A DNA stretch of 64,000 nt from assembly GCA_965153455.1 (NCBI GenBank), contig OZ234494.1, positions 8,122,001 through 8,186,000 on the forward strand, given 5' to 3'. Positions 1 to 9,527 of the stretch are shown here, one piece after another. The notes under the pieces are model-generated. The model made no database searches, had not been told where the DNA came from, and worked only from the letters and a program-made list of their open reading frames with translations. The position numbers and the translations under genes are program-made. Numbering within the stretch: position 1 is the stretch's first letter; each line of letters opens with the position of its first letter. Source of the DNA: Sphagnum compactum (taxonomy: Eukaryota).

Positions 1-565
1 AAAACATTCGAAATCCTTCAAGATATTATAACTCTATAACGAATCTCAAGTTTCATCACAAGCCAAAATATCAGCTTTCAAAAATCCTCAAATAAAAATT
101 TGATGAGTCGTACTTCAAATTTTACCAATCCTTCACTTTTAAAATTAAAAAAACAAGTGGCAAACACAACAAAAATCTTTTTTATGTTTTTGAGGAATGG
201 AAAAAGAATGCTCCCATTTTTTGGAATGTAAAATCTAAAGGATTCCACCACCTAATGTAGTTGAAGTGATGAAATCTGCAAGTGAGCATGTCCAAAAGCC
301 AACACCTGCTAGACATGAGCAATCTTGCTTTTAATGTTTATTTTCCTGAGGCGGGTAGGTTTTAGGTTTGAGCCCTAAACCCTACCCAATGGATATCATA
401 GTTTTAAGAATTGAAAAAACTCCAGGGACCCAATGCCGTGGCCCTAGGATGTTAGTTACCCTTCTCACTGTCCCTATCATTACAGTGCTATCCTTATTCT
501 GTAGTGTGACTTCTCATGACAACACTTTACACAGGAGAAGGGTCTGCTGGGAAGTAACTTCTGCT

Positions 566-779
566 TTGTCCTACGAATGTCCCCCATCCATGGACTTTAC
601 TCATCTTAAAGCATGAGGCAAAAGTTACTATGTATAGTACCGACCGAGGGGGTTGGAAATTCAAAAGAGTCCCTTGATAAGGGGTCGAAAATTTGAAAAG
701 ATCTGTTGATAATGGGTCAAAAATCAGCAGACCATTTAGGATGAGTAAAGTCCATGGATGGGGGACATTCCCAGGACAA
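566..779. mobile_element. MITE-like element with about 45-bp inverted termini
   Basis: 575-610 (GAATGTCCCCCATCCATGGACTTTACTCATCTTAAA) is the reverse complement of 735-770 at 35/36 positions, extendable to 566/779. A rearranged partial copy of the same motifs lies at about 845-910. Confidence 0.6.
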
Positions 780-1362
780 GACAGGGCGAACTTCACTATC
801 ACACCTTATTTGTAGTACCTAAGTTATTTTTGTGGAGGCACCCCACCCATCATCGGGCTTTACTCATCCTGAGGCATGAAGGGACATTCCTAAGACAAAC
901 GGGCGGACTCGGGCTCTGGGCCTCAGTATAGGCCCCTTAATTTGGATACTGATCCCACCCTGGGGCTCTAGCATACACATTTCACATCGGCCCTGTCTGT
1001 GAGCAGATTAGTTCCACGTTGTCGACTCTTGCGCCACAAGTGCGCACAACGCACAACACCCAAGTGCAATTCTTGTGTTTTGTTGAAACCTTGAAACTCT
1101 CAGCGCGAATTGCAGTGGTTGTTGGAAAGATTTGGCGATGGCCAAGCACAAATGAAATCTCTTGTTCACAGACCAGCTTGAGCGCAAAATGTGCGAATTC
1201 TCTCACAAAAGTCTTCTGTAGCAAGGATTTTATTTTATCGCCCCTTTTGCCTCTCAGAATTGCTGCTGATTACTAGAATCAGACCTTTTGTGCGTGTGCG
1301 TTTTTGTGTGGTATGTAAGGTAGTTTTATATCATTAGGGTTAAGAATAGACGAGCGGCCTCC

Positions 1363-2933
1363 ATGTTGAGGTTGCCAATGCTGATGGAGAGGAGGACACT
1401 GCTGCTGCTGACGATACCAGAACCGCTTTCAAGGTTCTCAAAGTTCAAAGGAGCAGGCGGGTACTACTTCCAAGCATCGCTGCAGTCAGGACGTAGGAAC
1501 AATAACACAGTATCGGAAGAACCAGTTTATTCGCACAACGTATTTACGAAGCCTCTGGCTGCATTGTACCCTGTCGCTCCTTGTCGCTTCTGCAAAGGTT
1601 AGTTTTTTCACACAGAAACCTAACCCTAATTCCAGATGAAACTAAGCTAATGGAGCTAAACCTTTAAAGTAAAACGTCTCTGATACCGGGGAATTCACGG
1701 CCTTTAAATCTAACCCTAATTCTTGTCATTATTGGACCTTACTTACCTTGAAGGCTTCAGTAGCTTCTGAAAGAAGAGGTAAAACTCATGAAAGTTTCAC
1801 AGGCGAGTCCTTTTGTAGATGTGGAAACACTTGGCTGTGTAATTCTGCTTTCTATGGTCATCAAAGGAAAGGCCAGTCTCCACTTAAGATGTGAAACTAA
1901 TTAGGGTTCATATAAAGGAACAAGTTTTGCAAGAAATTGTTGAGTTGGATGGATACTGAACACTATGGTGTTTGGTAGTGTGCACTATAGACCGCATTCA
2001 ATGTGCTTTATGTCTACAATGTGTGTGACGGCTTTTTAGATTTGTGTAATATGTGACTGAAAGGAATTTTTTATGGGATGTGAGTGCAGGAGAGGGTGAA
2101 GTAGTGTGTGATAAATGTAATGGAAATGGAAATCTTGCTCATGGTGGATATCATAAAAGAAATCTGGTAACTCTCAACCGAATTGTAGGTGAGTTTCTCT
2201 TTTTCTCAAACTTCTTGTGACCTAGCAATCTCTTGCCCCTTCTCTCAAGTAAGATCATCCCCTATGGCATTCAAATTGTGCTTGAAAAATGAAAGTTTTG
2301 CAATTGGAAGTGTGAGAACTAGAGTATGGATTCTTTTGTTGATGAATTACTTTCAGGTTCGAAGTGGACAGCCATGGAGAGCACATTTGGATGGTGTCAT
2401 TTCACTGTGAGCTCTAAACGGAAAGGACCTGGGAAGGACTGGTTCCTGGAAATGGTAGCCACCTGTGATGAATCATCACGGTTTTGGGTCAATTCTCACA
2501 ATCTTAAGGTATTTTTCCTCTAGTGACTGATACAAGGAAATCAATTAAATATGTATGTGGATTCTGCTGGTTTCCATCTGCAGCGATAAAGGTTCTTACC
2601 AATGTAGGAAATTTTTCTTGAAATTTTACACTTCCCTACACCAGTTTGGGTATTTTGTTCTGTTGATTTCTTACACCCCTTAGGTCAGTTCAGGTGTCTA
2701 GTTTTAAGATTTTTCTTTGAATGGAATGCCACCTTATGGTGCGACAGGATAGGGAAAGGTGGAGCTCAGGGTGGCTCCAGAAGGTGGAAATAATGGCAGC
2801 ACAAGGTAAAAGTATGACCAAATCTTTGTTGTGTAAGGCATGTAAGGGCCAGTGCAAGCTACAATGCAAAGCATGTGTGAAATCCAACAGAGATGGTCAC
2901 AATGAACCCTCCCTGGAGATCATCAATGTTTAA
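1363..2933 (+). CDS. DnaJ-type zinc-finger protein with an inserted Trp-rich TIGR02450/DUF2389-like domain, probable organellar transit peptide (223 aa, 4 exons)
   Basis: Exons 1363-1597, 2090-2188, 2357-2508 and 2748-2933 have GT..AG introns (donors gttagt, gtgagt, gtattt; acceptors tgcag, tttcag, gacag). Phases are consistent and the total is 672 nt. Product: ...CRFCKGEG-EVV-CDKCNGNG...RIVGSKWTAMESTFGWCHFTVSSKRKGPGKDWFLEMVATCDESSRFWVNSHNLKDRERWSSGWLQK...CKACKGQC-KLQ-CKAC...EIINV*. The SKWTA...HF...FW...LKD...W..GW pattern is recognised from memory as TIGR02450/DUF2389. The start codon is the least certain part. Confidence 0.88.
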
Positions 2934-5326
2934 GGATACCCGTTGTATACTAGCTGTTACATCATCCTGACAACCTGGACCCTGCATTAACAAAGTAACA
3001 GAAACTGAAAGACACTATTTTATGAGTTAATCACATGAAATTAGAGCACCCCTAATAGGGCTACAATTACATATGGGGAGTTCTCTTGATTTGTACAATA
3101 TATGAACCAAATAAGATGCAGGTTGATGAGACCTATTGCCAAAGTCAGCCTGCCTGGACTCAAACCAGTTTAATCCAAGCTTCTGAGGGAAGAGGTTTCA
3201 CCACTATCAACTTTATTAGTTTTGAGCTGGTTTCTCCATTAGGTCCATATGATGGTTTGAATAGCAGGGTCACAGATCCTCAATTTTTTTCATGAACTGT
3301 GTGGCTGTGAAAATTCTGATAATTAAAGTGTTTGGTTGTATGTTGAAATCTTATTGTTTTAAGTTCTTGTTAGTTCAAAGAATGGCTCTTAAGTTCAGGT
3401 TTTTGTGGCTTAACAATAAAAAAGATATCCGTTATTTTGAGTCTCTCCAAAATTTGAAGGTTGCGAAAGTTTCAAATTTAATCTTTTGAATATAGTAATT
3501 CGATCAGTAATCTTTGCTTTTTTGTTCACTGTGCTTAGTGACAACTTATTTGTATCCCAATGTTGCATGGTCTATTTAGCAAACTTCTACCTATTTTCCT
3601 ATGAGTTTGAGTTCTTGAAGTGTTGTTTGAAGTTCAACTGTTGTGCTGTTGTGCTTCATGGAATATCTCTAGTCCAACTGTTTGTGGATGATGTCTTTGT
3701 CCCGGGTTCCCCAAAGTTTGAGAGTGTTATGTACCTTGATGAAGACTTGTTTGGTGGCAGAATACACCCTAGAGTGTCTTGGCTAGAGGTTTTTTCTTGA
3801 TAAATTGTTTGATTGGTTTGCAGTTTCAATTTTGGGCATTTTTTGAATGATTTTTGTATAATGGCTTATAGTGAGGAGCTTTTTTCAAGGCCCCCTGACC
3901 CTCCCCACTTGCCCTTCAGTGAGAAACTTGGATCCTTTGCAGCTGATGCTTAGTCAACCCAGCCTTGTACTTCACATCAGCTTTGCCATATCCAGAGAGT
4001 TTCACAGAGATTATGGAAGAGTGCCCACAGACTATGCAGGCCAAAAGTTAAGATTGCTGAGCCCTGAAACTTGGGGATAGATTTGTTGAAACCTATAGCA
4101 ATCATCTCTCCATTGATTGCAAACTTCCTCAATTGCAATGTAGGAATATGATATCATAGATGCATGGACAATTCACCCATTGTCTTCATTAGCAGACCAT
4201 TAAGGAGTCTTGACACCTTGCTAGTATCCCTGAACTTGTAACTCATCTTCCTGTCTAGAAATTGTAACAGAGCTAGACCCTTGAACATTAGTTGTCATTG
4301 AAGCCTGGTCAGTTTTCAGGTTAGGAGATTGAGAACGACTTGCTAGTTTGAGCAAGTTGCATTACAACAATTCCATTAGAAGCAAGTTCAAGGTTTGAAA
4401 ATGTTGCACTACATCCTGACAATCTAGCTTCAAGCATGTGTATCAAGCTCAAGATCTTTTCCCAGATCAGCTAATCGTGCCAAGCTCTGCAGAGAGCCCA
4501 TGTTAAAGGCTTCTCTAGTAATGACCCACCACCCACTACATTCCTAATTACTTAATACCACCTTGACAATCTGCCTCATCCCATCCAGCAATGCAAAGAA
4601 CTTCGCTCTTTTGAGTTACAGCCTAGGTTCCTCAAAATAGGAAGCAAAGGAATACACAGGTATGCCCTGACAAAATATGAATAGAAATGAAGAACATTCC
4701 TGGATAATGCATTTTCAAATACATAAAGACAGGATCATGACAGAGAATCACACTTTTGCATCACCAGGCTCTGCTGCACCAAATCATGTGTAATGCCATT
4801 GACATTCGACAAAAGTTCACAGTTGCTCGTAACCATGTCAAAGTTTCTCATAAGAGTGTGTGAGTTACAATATGGTACCTAATTATATTATCATTAAGAC
4901 ATTCTTACTGGATGACAGACAAAGACTATGACAGGAGTCTTCCTCCTAAAAATAAAGCAAAAAGTGAGTACAGTTTCTAAGTAGAAGCAATTTGAAACTA
5001 TTTTCTACAGCATTCTGATCTCTTACTATCCACACTGTTGGTAAGTTACAAATCTCAAAAAATCACTGGCCTAACAAGCCATGTCACATTGACAGGTGCA
5101 AGGGAAAAAAAAATTCAAACCAATAAAATCTTTACAGTCCATGGCAGCTTGGATGAAAGATGAGAGTATGACTTGCCCCTATGTTTCTCCTGTCTCTGCC
5201 CTCATGCTCAGAATCATGCACCACCTTGTTTCCCATAGTGGAAATACTGTATAGAGAAGCGTATACTAGTTAGAAAGTGTATAGAAGTGCATAGTAGTTA
5301 AGAGCCTTTTCTGACCCTTGTAAGGC

Positions 5327-8168
5327 TTAATTGATATGTCTGCCAAAAAACTGGTTCAAAATCCAATGCACAGGTTCACAGCATCCCTGAATTTCTGATG
5401 ACCCGTCCCAGCGCCCCTTAGGTCTCACCTGCTCCTGAAGACAGAAGAACAATTGGAGTTAGAACAAAAGGGGTTGGCATAGAACAGGACAGCTTTCAAT
5501 GTGGATCCATAGCACTATCTCTCTGCCCCAAACACTGCCTGAGTCACAGCATAAGTCAAACTTACAATAGTGTGGACTGGGACAACAGGTGCAACAGACC
5601 AAATGAGTTTGTCATCATGTGCAAGATACTGACCTCAGATTTTTTGGGAGAGTTGTAATGCATCAGGTCCACTGGAGTTCCTCCAGAGCCACCCAGGCTA
5701 AGTCCTTTACCAAGATCCACACCATTAGTTCTAGCTCTGGAATGGGTCTTTTGCAATTCAGGACCAGATGAACTCTTCTGTTGTATAAGAGTATCCTTCT
5801 CCATTTCTGCTGGTGGTGAATCAGTTTGCAATGTATGACCTGCAGTTGACAGATGATCTGACAAATATTTATTTTCATATTCCCCAGGAAAAGGGTCAAT
5901 AAACGAGGTTTCCACATTAGGAGACTGCTCTACCAAAGCAGACCCGTGGTTGTTAATGCTATGCTCTGCCTCCTCTGACACCCCAGCAGCAGGTTCATCA
6001 GAATTTTGCTGGACTAAGGATGTCTCTTTCATTGTGACTGGGTCTGCTTCTTCAGCCACCACAGGATCAGGTGCAGCAGGACTGTCCTCGACTGGGTCTG
6101 CCTTTTCAGACACCACAACATCAGGTGCACTGGTACTGTCCTCAACCAAGGGTGTCTCTTCAACTGTGACCATTTTCAAATCTTCTCCTTCGCTGTGCTG
6201 CAATGTCTCAGATGAGTCTTGTGCAGGAGCTAGCATGTTGGCCAGAGGCTCTGAAACATTCTTCTCCTCCTCCAGGGCAAGAAGATTCTCCTCTTGCTTT
6301 GCCAAATGAGCAAGTTCTGTCGAATGTGCAATGTCAACAAGCTGATTAAGCTCATCATGTTCTTGTTCAGGCATGACTTTTACAGTGTCCCCTTGCAGGT
6401 TCAGCGGAGCCATGTCCATTGCTTCAATACTCTGATCAGTCCCATCCATACCAGATATGGCAGCATCATCCCCACCTGTAATGCTTCCATCTTCCTCCAG
6501 AGGATCACTGATTATTGTGTTGTCCTCTTGTCTGGAGTTTGCTGTGTGATGATCTGCTGCTTCTTCTTGCACTTCTGGTACAGATACATTCTCAATATTG
6601 CAGGGATCCAGATCTTGGAGCTTCTCAAAATGAACTCCTGTTCCACTAGTCAGCTTTTCATTCTCATGCTCTTGTTGCCAGGCAGGTTCTGCACTACCAT
6701 TTTCTGAGTTAACTTGTTCAAACTCCTCAATAGAAGCAGGTTCCTGGTCCTCTTCCACACCCACAGACCCAGTCTCAGAACAACTGCTTGTCTTCTCAAG
6801 GTCATCTGATTTTGTTGATGAAGATTGAGAACTGAGGCTGATCTTCTCATGATCATCTTGCTTGTTTGACAGACATTCAGAATTTCCCTTGTTGACAGGA
6901 AGCTTTTGCTCTTGAGAAGAACCAACTGATTCACCCACAACTGAATTATCTTCTGCTGCTTCCATGCTTTCTGCAACATCTTCAGTGGAAGAAGAAGCAG
7001 CTCCAACCGTGTCCCGTGATGCAGTCTCCCAATCTGCAAGAAGCTTGTCATGATTGCCTCTGAGATCAGTGCTGTAACTACTTTCCTCTGTGGCTACATC
7101 ATAGTCAACACCCTTGGAGTCAGCTGTTGTGGAACTAGGAGTGCCAACATCGAAATCCGAAACCCTCAACCATTCCTCTGTCTGAAATGTATCATCAGAA
7201 GGTGTTCCCATCGAAGACAACATCCGATTCCCTTGCTCAGGTGTGTGCGGACATGATGTGGTTCCATCCGATTCATGAGACTCATCTGCGGGGATTGGAC
7301 ACAAAAAAAATCCTTCACTCAAGAGAAACAATATTATAAAGAACACTTCAAAACCGGGAGATCACGAAACAAAGATCCTACACACAACAAGCTCTTGACG
7401 CATCGGAAGAGAAAAGAAAAAAACACATCGACTCTCCTTTTAGAGCAAAGTTCAAAGCTTTTACACTGCAACAGACCGAAGGCAGCTTCTACAAGTCTTT
7501 ACTTTCAACTTCAAGAAACTACAAGAAACACTGGATCCTGAACCGAATAACGGAAATAGAACAACAACCGCGACTGAAGAAAGCCGTATCCGGAGCACAC
7601 AACCAAAGTAAGGCCAACTAGAAAACACACAAAGCTTACAGGCATCTCTGAATGCACAGAGAGACAGGAAACGAATTCAGCAAGCGAGAAACAAAACAAG
7701 AGCTTCTGCAATAGCTTCATGGTACCTGAACGACTACAGTAAAGAATCGCTAAAAGAAACTACTCGTTCTAAGAAGAGAAGAAAAGAGAGAGAGTCTGCA
7801 CACAAACGATACCGACCGACACCGGAACAATCCAGAGAAGAACAAAGGGAAAAAAAAAGATCCAACGCCTTCAAACTTCCAAGACCCTCAGTCGCAGAAA
7901 TTGTGGAGCAGTACAGGAACTGTGTGTGCAAGAAAACATTTGCAGAAGCTGAACTAAGAATACAAGTGAAAAACCGCATGACGGGAGGGAAGACGGACAA
8001 GAAGCGAAAACGGAAAGGAAACTAACAAAATCCGCCGGAAAAAGTCTCAAAGCCAAGAGAGAAAAACACACACACACACACACACATTCACACACCTGCA
8101 GAAACGGAGAAACCTGGAGAACTCCCAGCCCGCCGCTGGCGTCGTCTCTTCCTTGGACCCGGAGGCAT
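5327..8168 (-). CDS. Acidic, low-complexity, probably disordered protein with basic N-terminus and C-terminal Cys-Cys/aromatic tail (610 aa, 3 exons)
   Basis: Exon 8168-8096 encodes MPPGPRKRRRQRRAGSSPGFSVSA with a phase-1 donor gtgtgt. Exon 7285-5634 has acceptor cccgcag, covers most of the 594-aa ORF and ends at donor gtcagt. Exon 5434-5327 has acceptor cttcag and encodes EQVRPKGRWDGSSEIQGCCEPVHWILNQFFGRHIN*. The total of 1833 nt is in frame, and the middle is very rich in E/D/S. Confidence 0.85.
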
Positions 8169-8580
8169 TCTTCTCGCAGCCGATCCTTCACGCCAAATCA
8201 CTCCAAATGTGGTGCAGAAACCAAAATCGCAGTGCAAAATCCTTCCAAAAACAGAGAGGGGATTTCAAAGCTCACGCAGGTTTCGTGCAGCAGCGAAGCT
8301 CTTTCTTTCTCTCCCTCTCTCCGTCTCTTACCTCCCCAGCCTCGGCAATACCGAACCTTGTGTCTGACCACAGGATCGGGATTCCGGTGCCGAAGCTCCG
8401 CTACGGAAAGAAAGAAAGGTCGCTAGATACCTAGTAAGCGCTGAGGAACGACAACGAGATCTCTTCGTCAGATCACACAGGATCTTACGGTGAGGAAATG
8501 GCCAACGCATGTGTGATTTATGTGATCATTTATCTAAAATTAAGACATTACAAATTTGAATTTTTTTAGTCTAATATTTA

Positions 8581-8797
8581 AGGTGCATTCACACTTAATG
8601 TTAAGTCAGTGTTAAGTGAAAATCTAGGTGGCATCTTAGGTGGCACCCAATGTTAAATAGGTGATTATTTAATATTAAGTGAATGTTAACTTAACAACAT
8701 AGAATCTTAGTGGTTAATAAGGTTTAGGTTCTAAATGACTAGCTTGGTGTTAGGGGATGCAATATGAAAGTCGTTAACACCAAGTGTGAATCCACCT
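8581..8797. mobile_element. MITE family A (217 bp; TIR AGGTGCATTCACAC...GTGTGAATCCACCT)
   Basis: Clear terminal inverted repeats with TA/TTAA flanks. Closely similar copies occur at 48257-48480 and (partial) 48020-48174. Confidence 0.85.
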
Positions 8798-9317
8798 TAA
8801 GTATGGGATATTTATAATATTTAGAAGCAATTTAGATTTCTTACCATGGTACCAGTTGTGGCCCAGGGCCATTGTTTTATAGCCATTTTTGGTCCACTAC
8901 AATTTATGGTACCTTGCCTCGACATCTAATTGACAACACTACAAATGGACACCATCATCCTCATTTCCTAAATTCCTAATCCGACATCATTGGAAGTTGC
9001 AATAACCAAACCAACCAATACTTGTAATTGAGGTTTCCAAAATGCAACAACATCCACATTGGCCTAAGGTGGTGTGCTTCATGTAGTACTAAAATGCTTG
9101 AGGTTTGTCTTTTTATAGCCTTTTTCCTCTCCTCTCTATTTCTTCCAAGAAGAGAAAAAGGCTATTGGAGGACAACGGGGATTTCGAGATAAGTTTGAGC
9201 CGTCACTTTGATCCAGATCCAGGCTCCTGATGGGTGCGTACATATGTAGTCCCCCCTTAAAGAAAGTCCAACAATTGAGACCATTGTTTCGAATGTTTCC
9301 ATTCACATTTTACTACA

Positions 9318-9527
9318 CTACTAGTACCTTCACCTTCTTGAGTGAGGCGGGCCTTTTACTGACCATATTTCACCCAGGAAATGTTAAATTTGGACTCTGG
9401 TTTGCTCTTAGAATGAAATTGCTTGTAACCATGGTAACTAAAAAAAGACCATGGTTGCTTTGTTACAATCAACCCTAACCAAAAAAAATTGAGACTTTTA
9501 CCATGGTACCAGTGTAGGTGCTGGTTT
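9318..9527. mobile_element. MITE family B, copy 1
   Basis: Shares TACCTTCACCTTCTTGAGTGAGGC, ACCCAGGAA..AAATTTGG and ACCATGGTAC..GTAGGTGCTGGTT with 14578-14775. The ends resemble an AACCAGCACCTAC/GTAGGTGCTGGTT inverted repeat. Confidence 0.55.

Noticed and set aside
355-385. Telomere-like TTTAGG/CCCTAAA motifs
   Set aside because: Only one or two units; not an interstitial telomeric array.
3890-4510. Higher-GC segment between the convergent genes with coding-like stretches on the minus strand
   Set aside because: Multiple stops and no recognisable domain; it may be a pseudogene fragment but cannot be supported.
5562-7346. 594-aa ORF taken as a single-exon protein with a signal peptide (MFFIILFLLS)
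   Set aside because: The hydrophobic start is the T-rich 3' end of an intron (acceptor at 7286), and the ORF tail runs past a donor at 5634.
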